A DNA stretch of 64,000 nt, from NCBI GenBank assembly GCA_041640655.1, contig JBEPZV010000007.1:1-64000 (forward strand), read 5' to 3'. Positions 9,694 through 19,040 of this stretch are shown piece after piece. Source of the DNA: a bacterium. Its GTDB lineage: Bacteria > Acidobacteriota > Blastocatellia > HR10. Position numbers and translations under genes: made by a program. The notes below the pieces were generated by a model. It did not search any database. It was not told the DNA's origin and saw only the letters and a program-made list of their open reading frames with translations. The stretch's first letter is position 1; each line of letters opens with the position of its first letter.

Positions 9694-10965
9694 TCACGTG
9701 ATCCAGAAGGGCACCGCCTCGCTCGTCCCCCGCGCGTGGTACGCTTTCAACTGCTCGGCATACCGTCGAAAATCCTCGCTCGCGAGATACGGCTCGGGCA
9801 GGACGCGAGCCAAATACTGGAGATACTTCTCCGGCGCGATCGGTCGTCCCCCTTCGGTGAGCACGTTCCCGCGCAGATCATACGGTTGAAAGACGTACTC
9901 CTCAGGCCCACGCCTTCGGAAGAAGCGGCGATCCGGGAGCAGGAGCAAATCCTCCGGCCGAATGCCCCGGCGCGCCTCCCCCGAATGCTGCACCTCGCGG
10001 ATCAGGCTCCGCGCCTCGTCCGGGGACATCGTCGGATGATGCACGCGCACGATGGCGATATTCACCCCTTCGATGATCCCCTCGACCTCGGCGATGTACT
10101 CGGCCTGCGCCTGCCCATTGGTCTTTGGCTTGAACCCGAAAGCGACGGCTGTCTCGCCGGACCGCTCGTTCCCGAACATCTCCAGCCCGCGTGGATACCA
10201 CTTGTTGATCGCCCGCTGAATATCCTCCAGGCTGTAGCCCCCCTGACCTCGCGTCGCGGCGACGGCCAGCTCCTTCAAGGCTCGACGGCCAAAGCCCATG
10301 TGGAACCCCTCTTCGCCGAGCATCGGCGGCATGCTCCGCGCCATGGGGGCGTAGCTGAAGATCTGCATCATATCGAGCTGGTACTTCCCGACCAAATCAA
10401 TGATGGCCGTGTAGACGGCATTGTCCAGAAAGTCGCGGAACTCGATATTGAAGGCGTCCAGCACGTGCGTCCCCGTCCGCATCGAGAGCAACTCTTCGAT
10501 AGTCTCGGCGGCCACGTCTCCATGCCCCGGCCGTCTCCATGTGGGATCATGGTCGAGGACCCAGAACATCTGATAGGCATGCCGCAGCTCCTCGGCCATG
10601 ATCCGCAGGATCTCGAAGCGGGCTTCATCCGTGGGGGCTGTGTCCAGGCTCATCCGATGCTGCTCGATCGAGCCGAATTCGGTCGAGCACTGGGCCCGAA
10701 TGATCCGACGGGCCGTGTAGAACATGTTCCCGGCCATCTCGGCCGCCCGCTCGATCTTCGGTTGACCGGCGTATTTCCCGACCTCGATCACATCCGAGCG
10801 CAGCTCCCCCACCTTGGCCACAAGTTGAAACTTCGGCAGACCGGGGAAATACTTCTCCCAATAGGCGAGCAAGAGGTCGAGCTCGGGAAAGTTCCGCCGC
10901 TGCCACTCCAAGATCGCCTGATGATATTTCGGGCTGATGGTCGTCACCGTATACCGGATCGCCAT
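9694..10965 (-). CDS. Ferritin-like di-iron acyl-CoA oxygenase/epoxidase subunit (BoxB/PaaA-like)
   Basis: Two EExxH iron-ligand motifs (EELRH, EEGFH), with RRIIRAQCSTEFGSIEQ, DLVGKYQL and IQRAINKWYPRGLEMFG. SD GAGGGAGG precedes ATG 10965. Confidence 0.8.
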   Translation of the reverse strand: MAIRYTVTTISPKYHQAILEWQRRNFPELDLLLAYWEKYFPGLPKFQLVAKVGELRSDVIEVGKYAGQPKIERAAEMAGNMFYTARRIIRAQCSTEFGSIEQHRMSLDTAPTDEARFEILRIMAEELRHAYQMFWVLDHDPTWRRPGHGDVAAETIEELLSMRTGTHVLDAFNIEFRDFLDNAVYTAIIDLVGKYQLDMMQIFSYAPMARSMPPMLGEEGFHMGFGRRALKELAVAATRGQGGYSLEDIQRAINKWYPRGLEMFGNERSGETAVAFGFKPKTNGQAQAEYIAEVEGIIEGVNIAIVRVHHPTMSPDEARSLIREVQHSGEARRGIRPEDLLLLPDRRFFRRRGPEEYVFQPYDLRGNVLTEGGRPIAPEKYLQYLARVLPEPYLASEDFRRYAEQLKAYHARGTSEAVPFWIT

Positions 10966-11128
10966 AGCCTCCCTCTCCTCCAAAAAGTCTCCCCTCGCCG
11001 CGGAGGGAAATTCTCTCACGAGCGCAGGGAAAGCGCAACTGCGCGCAGACCGGCTCGCGCCTGGGACTCCGAGTGATCCCCCTCTTCCTTCGGGATTTGG
11101 ATCACCGGGAGCCCCCTCCAATTCTTCG

Positions 11129-11157
11129 TTGAAATTCGATCACCTTTTGCATATAAT
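11129..11157 (+). promoter_or_regulatory. Near-consensus sigma70 promoter of the Oar-like receptor
   Basis: TTGAAA-17 nt-TATAAT. Confidence 0.75.
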
Positions 11158-11198
11158 CGCTGCTGCGATGACCTGAACTCAGACGAGGAGGTAAGCCT

Positions 11199-14100
11199 AT
11201 GACGTGGAGACGAGTGACGTGGAACGTGGTCTGGGGACTCCTGCTCCTGCTGTTGCTGAGCGGCCGAACGTGGGCGCAGGCGACGACGTCGCTCTCGGGC
11301 ACGGTGACCGATCCGACGGGTGCCGTGGTCGTCGGGGCGACCGTCACGCTCACCAACGCGGCGACCGGAGTCACCCGGACGACGACAACGAATGAGCGGG
11401 GGTACTATGTCTTCCCGCAACTCCCACCGGGGACCTATAACCTCCGGGTGGAGATGACCGGCTTCAAGAGCATCGTCCGCTCGAACCTGCAACTGCTGGT
11501 GAACATGCCGGTCGTGCTCGATCTCCAGTTCACGGAGGTCGGAGAGGTCGTTGAGACGATCGAAGTCGTGGGCGAAGCGCTCATCAATAAAGCCGATGCC
11601 TCCATCGGCAATCCATTCGGGGAAGTGCAGATTCGGCAACTTCCCCTGCTCGCCCGCAACGTGGTGGAGCTGCTGAGCTTGCAGCCCGGAGCGGTGTTCC
11701 TGCCGACTGGGGATATCCGCAGTGGGAGCATCAGCGGCAGCCGAAGCGATCAGCAGAATGTGACCCTCGACGGCATTGATGTGAACGATCCGCAGTTCGG
11801 CTTTGCCTACACGTCGGTTCTGCGAATGACGCTCGACTCCGTGCAGGAGTTCCGCGTGACGACGACCAACTACAACGCCAATCAGGGACGCTCCAGCTCG
11901 GCGCAGGTGAGCCTGGTGACCAAGCGCGGGACAAACGAGCTGCACGGCTCGCTCTACTGGTACCACCGGAACACGGCCACCTCGGCCAACGAATTCTTCA
12001 ACAAGCTCGCTCAAATCGAGTCGGGGCGACCGAACGAGCCGCCCGTGTTGAACTACCACATCTTCGGCGCTTCGGCTGGCGGGCCGATCGTCAAGGACCG
12101 ATGGTTCATCTTCGGTAACTACGAAGGCCTGCGGGAGAAGCGTGAGGAGCCCGTTTTGCGTTCGGTCCCTTCGTTTCTGGTGCGCCACGGTTACTTCCAA
12201 TATCGCTGCGCGAATCCGGCCGAGTGTCCCGCGACGACGATCACCGTCGCGGGCCGCACGTTCAACATTCCGGCCGGGATCCGCGTGTTGACGCCCGCGG
12301 AAGCCGCCACGCTCGACCCCCTGGGGATCGGCGCGAATCCGGCGCTCATGCGGTACCTGCAGCAGTTCCCCGAGCCGAACGATCCCGGACGGGATGGCCT
12401 GAACATCATGGGCTTCCGCTTCGTGGCACCGATCAAGAACGACTTCAACACCTACATCCTCCGCAGCGATTTCAACATGGATCGCGCCGGGCGGCACACG
12501 CTCTTCTGGCGCGGCAATCTCCAGGACGATGTGATCAACTCCGAGCCGCAGTATCCGGGACTGCCGCCGAACCAGAAGACACTCGTCAACTCCAAGGGGT
12601 TCGCGCTCGGCTATGACGCGACGGTGAAACCGAACCTGGTGAACACCTTCCGTTACGGCCTGACGCGGTTGGGCTCCACCGTGGCCGGTTTGCAACAGCG
12701 CACCCAGGTGACCCTGCGCTTCCTCAATAACATCCCGGCGCCGACCAACTCCTTCGGACGCATCGCGAGCACGCACAATCTGGTGGACGACATCTCGTGG
12801 ATTCGCGGCGCGCATACGATCCAGGCGGGCTTCAACGTCCGCTTCACGCGAATCCCACGATTCACCAACGAGACGTCTTTCCATACCGTCATCGGCAATG
12901 GCTCGTGGCTCTTGGGGGTGGGTCGTTATACGGCCCCGGGACACCCGCGCTGCACGCAGCCGGGATGCCGAACGCTGCCGGCCGTCGCCTCCGGGTTCTA
13001 CGCGGCATGGGCCGATGGGTTCCCCATCCTGGTCTTGGGAACGATCACCCAATTCACTGCGCGGTACAACTACGACAAGCAGGGGAACGTCTTGCCAGAA
13101 GGCGCGCTGATCCGTCGGCGCTACGCCACGAACGAGTACGAGGGGTATGTGCAAGACCAGTGGCGAGTGAGACCGAATCTCACAATCACCGCAGGTGTGC
13201 GGTATTACCTCTACTCACCGCCGTGGGAGACCAACGGCTTGCAAGTTCGACCGACGCCGAGCCTTGGCGAATGGTTCGAGCTGCGGCGCGCGGGCATGCT
13301 CAAGGGGATTCCCTCCTACGATCTGCCGCGCATCAGCTTTGACCTGGCGGGTCCGGCTAATGGCAAGCCGGGCTTCTTCGCCAAGGACTTCAACAACTGG
13401 TCGCCGCGCTTCTCGATCGCGTGGTCCCCGCGCAACTTCTTGCGCGCGCTCTTCGGCGATGGGCGCACGGTCTTCCGCTTCGGATACGGGCTCGTGTACG
13501 ACCGAATCGGCCATGCGCTGGCGACGACCTTCGATCAGCAAGGTGCCTTCGGTCTGACGACGACGCTGACGACGGTCTGGGGGACGATCACCGAAGCGAA
13601 CGCGCCGCGCTTCACGGGCGTCTTCGATGTCCCGCGTGTTGCGCGCGATGGGTCGGAGTTCCAGAGACCTGCTCCCCCGGGAGGCTTTCCACAAACGCCG
13701 CCTTTTGGTTTGTTCGCCATCACGACGAGCATTGATGACACGGTGCGCACGCCGTACGCGCACATGTTCAACTTCTTCATCGGGCGCGAGCTACCGAAGA
13801 GCTTCAGCGTCGAGGTCGGCTACGTCGGACGTCGGGGGCGGAAGCTGCTCACCCGGTATGATCTGGCCATGCCGATGAACCTCGTGGATCCGAAGTCGGG
13901 GATGGATTACTTCACGGCGGCGCAGATGCTCGCTCGGCTGATCGAGGCGAACACGCCCGTGAGCGCCGTCCCGCGAATCCCGTACTGGGAGAATCTCTTC
14001 CCGACAGCAGGGGCTCGCGCCGGCGGCGGCTTGACGAACACGCAGGCCATCTACCAAGTCTTCCGCGAGAACGCTCCCGATTATCAAACCGCGCTCTACC

Positions 14101-15029
14101 TGATTGACCTCTTCTGCGAACCCGCGTGCTTCGGCGCGACGCCCGATAACCCGGCGGGCAAGCCCTACGCCTTCTGGAACGATCAGTACTCGTCGCTCGC
14201 GGCGCAGGGCACGATCGGGTTCTCGGAGTACCACGCCTTCCAGCTCCTCCTGCGGAAGCGCCTGAGCGCGGGCACGCAGTTCGACTTCAACTACACGCTC
14301 TCGAAGTCGCTCGATCTCACCTCCGGGACAGAGCGCGGAGGAGCGTTCGGATCCTTCTTCTCGGGCGGCTACACCGACTTCATCATCAACTCCTGGAGCC
14401 CGCGCCTGCAGTACTCCTTCTCTGACTTCGACGTGCGGCATCAGATCAATGCCAACTGGATCGTCGAGCTGCCGTTTGGTCGGGGGAAGCCTTTGGGCGG
14501 CGGTGTGCCGGGCTGGGTGAACCAGATCATCGGCGGCTGGCAGACGACGGGCCTGCTCCGGTGGACGAGCGGATTCCCGCTCAACATCATCAACTGCCGC
14601 TCCTGCTGGGCCACGAATTGGAACCTGCAGGGGAATGCGGAGCTGAAGGAAGGCGTGACCCGGTATCCCGTCGGCGAGACGAACCGCAGCTACAAGTTCC
14701 CGGACGGCAAGGTCCGACCGGCGGCCTTCCGCGATCCCGCCGAAGTGCTGAAGGTGCTCCGGTTCCAGCGTCCGGGCGAAGCGGGCTTCCGCAACCGCAT
14801 TCGTGGCGATGGCTACTTCTCCATAGACATGGGGCTGATGAAGGTCTTCTCGATCACCGAGACGCATCGGCTGCAGTTCCGGTGGGAAGTCTTCAACGTC
14901 ACCAACTCCGTGCGGTTCGATACGGCCTCGCTGCTGGCGTTCCCGGACATCTCGGCGACCTTCGGACGATACGAGGGTACGTTGACGCGTCCGCGCATCA
15001 TGCAGTTCGCGCTGCGGTACGAGTTCTGA
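11199..15029 (+). CDS. Oar-like TonB-dependent receptor (1276 aa)
   Basis: Signal peptide, SGTVTDPTGAVV, DSVQEFRVTT, TKRGTNELHGS, DFNNWSPR and PRIMQFALRYEF; SD GAGGAGG. Confidence 0.95.
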   Translation: MTWRRVTWNVVWGLLLLLLLSGRTWAQATTSLSGTVTDPTGAVVVGATVTLTNAATGVTRTTTTNERGYYVFPQLPPGTYNLRVEMTGFKSIVRSNLQLLVNMPVVLDLQFTEVGEVVETIEVVGEALINKADASIGNPFGEVQIRQLPLLARNVVELLSLQPGAVFLPTGDIRSGSISGSRSDQQNVTLDGIDVNDPQFGFAYTSVLRMTLDSVQEFRVTTTNYNANQGRSSSAQVSLVTKRGTNELHGSLYWYHRNTATSANEFFNKLAQIESGRPNEPPVLNYHIFGASAGGPIVKDRWFIFGNYEGLREKREEPVLRSVPSFLVRHGYFQYRCANPAECPATTITVAGRTFNIPAGIRVLTPAEAATLDPLGIGANPALMRYLQQFPEPNDPGRDGLNIMGFRFVAPIKNDFNTYILRSDFNMDRAGRHTLFWRGNLQDDVINSEPQYPGLPPNQKTLVNSKGFALGYDATVKPNLVNTFRYGLTRLGSTVAGLQQRTQVTLRFLNNIPAPTNSFGRIASTHNLVDDISWIRGAHTIQAGFNVRFTRIPRFTNETSFHTVIGNGSWLLGVGRYTAPGHPRCTQPGCRTLPAVASGFYAAWADGFPILVLGTITQFTARYNYDKQGNVLPEGALIRRRYATNEYEGYVQDQWRVRPNLTITAGVRYYLYSPPWETNGLQVRPTPSLGEWFELRRAGMLKGIPSYDLPRISFDLAGPANGKPGFFAKDFNNWSPRFSIAWSPRNFLRALFGDGRTVFRFGYGLVYDRIGHALATTFDQQGAFGLTTTLTTVWGTITEANAPRFTGVFDVPRVARDGSEFQRPAPPGGFPQTPPFGLFAITTSIDDTVRTPYAHMFNFFIGRELPKSFSVEVGYVGRRGRKLLTRYDLAMPMNLVDPKSGMDYFTAAQMLARLIEANTPVSAVPRIPYWENLFPTAGARAGGGLTNTQAIYQVFRENAPDYQTALYLIDLFCEPACFGATPDNPAGKPYAFWNDQYSSLAAQGTIGFSEYHAFQLLLRKRLSAGTQFDFNYTLSKSLDLTSGTERGGAFGSFFSGGYTDFIINSWSPRLQYSFSDFDVRHQINANWIVELPFGRGKPLGGGVPGWVNQIIGGWQTTGLLRWTSGFPLNIINCRSCWATNWNLQGNAELKEGVTRYPVGETNRSYKFPDGKVRPAAFRDPAEVLKVLRFQRPGEAGFRNRIRGDGYFSIDMGLMKVFSITETHRLQFRWEVFNVTNSVRFDTASLLAFPDISATFGRYEGTLTRPRIMQFALRYEF

Positions 15030-15050
15030 TCTGAGCGGCCTCGATGCGTT

Positions 15051-15088
15051 CGGCCGGCGGTCTGAATGTCAGGCTGCCGGCCGTTTTT
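15051..15088 (+). terminator. Rho-independent terminator
   Basis: 15-bp stem CGGCCGGCGGTCTGA / TCAGGCTGCCGGCCG with two G-U pairs, a 3-nt loop, then TTTTT. Confidence 0.8.
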
Positions 15089-15091
15089 CCT

Positions 15092-16732
15092 TCACGCGAG
15101 CGAGGCAATTCCCCCCGCGATGCTGATCATCAAGAACGTATACAGGATGAGCCCCACATAGCGCGCGCGCCAATTCGTTACGGAGAGGCGCCCGGAACGC
15201 AAAGCGTCGGGAGCATGCCCAAACGCCCCCCTGTGCTCGCGACCGAGATCGGGTTGCCAGAGCGTCTCCGGCGGGACGACCTTCGCTGGACGCCACAGAC
15301 TGAGACCATATCCGACGAGGACGGCGATCCCACATCCGATCGCGTTCCACCACAGCCAGGAGATGCGAGGACACTCCAGCCACAGGAAGAGGTTCGCGGC
15401 GATGCCCGTGAGGACGCCGATCTTGACTCCGAGGCCACTCGTCCGACGCGTCAGCATGCCGAGGAGGAAGGCGGCCAAGATCGGTCCATAAAAGACCGAC
15501 CCGATTTTGTTGATGACCTCGATGACGGTCCCCGAGAGACGTCCGGCCAGGAAAGCGAACGCGATACACAGAAGCCCCCACATGATCGTGAAGCGTTTGG
15601 ACCACAGGAAGAGCTCCCGCTCGGTCGCCCTCGGGTTCACATAGCGCTGATAGACATCGCGCATCGTCGCCGCGCTCAAGGAGTTCAAGGCCGAATCGAG
15701 CGAGGACATGGCCGCCGCCAGGATGGCGATGAGGATGAGCCCCGTCACTCCCGGCGGCAGGGCGTACACGATGAAGAGTGGGACCAGGTAATCCACGCGA
15801 TCCCGCGGAATACGCGCGGCGAATTCGGGATGCTGGCTCGTGTAGACGCCGATCAGCAAACCCATGACGCAGTAGGCGAGGACGAGCGGGAACCGCGCGA
15901 TGCCGTTCAGCCACAACGAACGCCGGCCCTCATCCACGTGCCCGACGGAGATCTCCCGCTGCATTTGACTTTGATCGCATCCGTAATAGGAGGCGTAGAG
16001 GAAGAAGCCGCCGATCAGCAGCGGCCAGAAGCCGAAATCCTCTCCATCCCCCAGTCCGTGAGCCGTCCATCGAATCGTCTCCAGGCGCTCCCGCGGAATC
16101 GCGCTCCACACCGCCGCCCATCCGCCGATGAAGCGATACGCCTCCAGACCACAGAGCAGGACACCGAGCCCCAGGATCCCCATCTGGAGGATGTCACTGT
16201 AGACGACAGCCTTCATCCCCCCCCACGCATCGTAGAGCAACGTGACGAGGCCCGTCATGAGGATCGTCGCCCAGAGCGGGATGCCGATTGTCGCCGAGAG
16301 CACAATGGCCAGAGCGAAGATGGTCACTCCGGAGGCCAGCGCGCGACTCACCTGAAACATGAGGCTCACCATGGTGCGCGTGCTCGCATCGAAACGGCGC
16401 TCCAGATACTCATAGATGCTCAGGACGCGATTGCGATGATATACGGGCAGAAAGACGCTCATCAGGAACACGAGCGCCAGGGGGACGGCGAACTCATACC
16501 CCAACCAGACCAATCCCCCGCCGGGTCGCAGGGCGACGAAGGCCGGCGCTGAGATGAAGCTCACGGCTCCAAGCTGCGTCGCCATGGTCGAGAGTCCGGC
16601 GCTCCACCATCGCAGGCGCCGTCCACTCAGATAGTAATCTTCAATGCTCGCTTGCCGTCGCCCCAGGAATCGCCCGAGCATCAGGAGCGTGAGAAGATAC
16701 CCGCCGACGATGAGCCAATCCCATGGTGTCAT
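15092..16732 (-). CDS. Sodium:solute symporter (SSS) family transporter
   Basis: EDYYLSGR, SIYEYLERRF, GGMKAVVYSDILQ, GCDQSQMQR and AAAMSSLDSALNS; SD GAGGAGG. Confidence 0.92.
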   Translation of the reverse strand: MTPWDWLIVGGYLLTLLMLGRFLGRRQASIEDYYLSGRRLRWWSAGLSTMATQLGAVSFISAPAFVALRPGGGLVWLGYEFAVPLALVFLMSVFLPVYHRNRVLSIYEYLERRFDASTRTMVSLMFQVSRALASGVTIFALAIVLSATIGIPLWATILMTGLVTLLYDAWGGMKAVVYSDILQMGILGLGVLLCGLEAYRFIGGWAAVWSAIPRERLETIRWTAHGLGDGEDFGFWPLLIGGFFLYASYYGCDQSQMQREISVGHVDEGRRSLWLNGIARFPLVLAYCVMGLLIGVYTSQHPEFAARIPRDRVDYLVPLFIVYALPPGVTGLILIAILAAAMSSLDSALNSLSAATMRDVYQRYVNPRATERELFLWSKRFTIMWGLLCIAFAFLAGRLSGTVIEVINKIGSVFYGPILAAFLLGMLTRRTSGLGVKIGVLTGIAANLFLWLECPRISWLWWNAIGCGIAVLVGYGLSLWRPAKVVPPETLWQPDLGREHRGAFGHAPDALRSGRLSVTNWRARYVGLILYTFLMISIAGGIASLA

Positions 16733-16999
16733 TCGGCATGCCTCCTCTTCGACTCCGGGCGAGGGCATCGAAAGTGATGCTTCAGCACGCTCGTGAGCAC
16801 TTATGGTAGCCCAATGCCCCACCCCGGTCAAAGTGCGCATGCGATGACGTCCGCGCCCCTTGGGTGTCGGCAGCCTGGAAACGCGCCACAAGAGGGGTGC
16901 TCAAGCGATCGCACGCGGATCGCCTGGGCTTGCCCGTTCAGACTTTGCACGGCGGTGCTTTCTGTGCTACTCATATACGGCGCCCGATCAGGAGGCTGT

Positions 17000-17446
17000 A
17001 TGCGCGTGAACGATCCGGAGGCGATTCGGCGCATTCTGCGACAGGCGCGGACGATCGCTGTCGTCGGCCTCTCCTCGAAGCCCACGCGCCCGAGTTACGG
17101 GGTGGCTCGATACCTCCAAGCGGAGGGGTATCGGATCATTCCCGTTAATCCGAACGAGGCATATGTGCTCGGTGAGCGCGCCTACGCTCGACTCTCGGAG
17201 GTGCCCGAGCGCATTGACGTCGTGACCATCTTCCGTCGTTCGGACGCCGTCCTCCCGATTGTGGAGGAGGCGATTCGTATCGGCGCCTGGGCCGTGTGGA
17301 TGCAAGAAGGCGTCGTCAACGAAGAGGCAGCCCGTCGCGCTCACGAAGCGGGCCTGCTCGTCGTCATGAACCGATGCATGCTGAAGGAACATCGGAAGCT
17401 CGCGATGCTGTCGCTTGGAGAAACCGCGCTTCGCCCCCATGCCTGA
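17000..17446 (+). CDS. CoA-binding protein (YccU-like)
   Basis: IAVVGLSSKPTRPS, IIPVNP, VWMQEG and VMNRC; SD GGAGG. Confidence 0.9.
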   Translation: MRVNDPEAIRRILRQARTIAVVGLSSKPTRPSYGVARYLQAEGYRIIPVNPNEAYVLGERAYARLSEVPERIDVVTIFRRSDAVLPIVEEAIRIGAWAVWMQEGVVNEEAARRAHEAGLLVVMNRCMLKEHRKLAMLSLGETALRPHA

Positions 17447-19040
17447 GCATTGGGATGCGCTGATCGTGGGAGCTGGCCATAATGGTCTGGTCGCTGCCGC
17501 CTATTTGGCGCGCGCCGGATTGCGCGTTCTCGTCCTCGAACGCCGATCGCGGGTGGGCGGAGCGAGCACGACCGAAGAGGTCTTTCCAGGATTTCGGGTC
17601 TCCACGGCAGCCTATTTGTGCAGCCTCCTTCCCGAGCGTCTCGTCCGCGATCTCGACCTTCCCCGCTATGGGTATCACGTCTATGCGAAGGACCCGGCGT
17701 TTTTCACTCCTTTTCCAGATGGGCGGGGCCTCCTCTTCTGGCAGGACCAGAAGCGCACCTGCGAGGAGATCGCGAGATTCTCGCGCCGAGATGCCGAAGC
17801 GTACCCCGCCTACGAAGCCCATCTTGAGCGGCTCGCGCAATGGATGGATCGCCTCCTCTGGCAACCGCCTCCGAATCTCGCACGCATGAGCGCGCGCGAT
17901 GTGTGGGACCTCGGGGAACTGGGATGGGGCCTTCTGCGGTTGGAGGAGAGGGCGCGGGTCAGTCTGCTGAAGCTCTTCGCGCAAAGCGTGGCCGACTTTC
18001 TGGAACCGTGGTTCGAGTCCGAGGAGGTGAAGGTCACGCTGGCGACGGATGGGGTCATCGGCGTCGCTGGCGGCCCGCGGACTCCCGGGACGGCCTACGT
18101 GCTGCTGCACCACGTGATGGGGAAGGTCAACGGCCATCGCGGTCTGTGGGGGTTCGTGCGCGGGGGAATGGGCGCGCTCTCGGAAGCGATCGCTGCCGCC
18201 GCTCGCGCGGCCGGGGCGCGCATCCGAACCGACGCCGAGGTGGAACGCATCCTCGTGCGGGATGGACGCGCCGGGGGCGTCGTGCTCGCCACGGGCGAAG
18301 AGATCCGCGCTCGTCTTGTTCTCTCCAACGCTGATCCGAAGCGCACCTTCCTCGGGCTCGTGGGCGAAGCCGAGCTGGATCCCGAGTTCGCGCATCAGGT
18401 GAAGGCAATCCGCATGAGCGGATATTCGATGAAGATCAACCTGGCGCTCGACGGCCTGCCGAATTTCAAAGCGCGGCCCGGAACGCACCTCATGCCGCAC
18501 CATAAGACGACGATCCACATCTGCCCCGATCTGGACTACGTGGAGCGCGCGTGGGAGGAGGCCAAACACGGTCACCCCTCTTCATCCCCCCTGCTGGAGA
18601 TCACGATCCCCACGACCTATGACGATTCGCTCGCCCCACCGGGGAAGCACATCATGGGGATCTTCCTCCAATACGCGCCCTATCGGCTTCGAGAGGGGGA
18701 TTGGCGCGCGCGGAAAGACGCGTACGCCGATCGCGTGATGGATATCATCGAGGAGTATGCCCCGGGGTTCAAAAGCCTGGTCCTCGACCGGCACATCCTC
18801 TCGCCGCTCGATCTCGAAGAAGAATTTGCGCTCACCGGGGGCAATATCTTTCACGGCGACATGAGCGTGGATCAACTCTTCTGCTTTCGTCCGGTGCCCG
18901 GATGGGCGCGCTATCGCACGCCCATTCGCGGGCTCTATCTGTGCGGGGCCGGTGCGCATCCGGGCGGCGGCGTCATGGGCGTGCCCGGATACAATGCGGC
19001 GCGTCAGGCCCTGCGCGATTGGCGATGGCGACGCCTGTGA
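17439..19040 (+). CDS. FAD-dependent oxidoreductase, phytoene dehydrogenase-like (COG1233/PYROXD2-like)
   Basis: GAGHNGL Rossmann motif, GGMGALS, GGNIFHG and GLYLCGAGAHPGGGVMG. Confidence 0.9.
   Translation: MPEHWDALIVGAGHNGLVAAAYLARAGLRVLVLERRSRVGGASTTEEVFPGFRVSTAAYLCSLLPERLVRDLDLPRYGYHVYAKDPAFFTPFPDGRGLLFWQDQKRTCEEIARFSRRDAEAYPAYEAHLERLAQWMDRLLWQPPPNLARMSARDVWDLGELGWGLLRLEERARVSLLKLFAQSVADFLEPWFESEEVKVTLATDGVIGVAGGPRTPGTAYVLLHHVMGKVNGHRGLWGFVRGGMGALSEAIAAAARAAGARIRTDAEVERILVRDGRAGGVVLATGEEIRARLVLSNADPKRTFLGLVGEAELDPEFAHQVKAIRMSGYSMKINLALDGLPNFKARPGTHLMPHHKTTIHICPDLDYVERAWEEAKHGHPSSSPLLEITIPTTYDDSLAPPGKHIMGIFLQYAPYRLREGDWRARKDAYADRVMDIIEEYAPGFKSLVLDRHILSPLDLEEEFALTGGNIFHGDMSVDQLFCFRPVPGWARYRTPIRGLYLCGAGAHPGGGVMGVPGYNAARQALRDWRWRRL

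Noticed and set aside
11016..13154. 712-aa minus ORF, and similar long ORFs at 4389-6272, 47616-49616, 50001-52181 and 55385-57091
   Set aside because: Antisense shadows of well-supported genes in high-GC DNA.
17439..19040. Carotenoid desaturase crtI
   Set aside because: No crt genes nearby, and the motifs fit the COG1233/PYROXD2-like group better.
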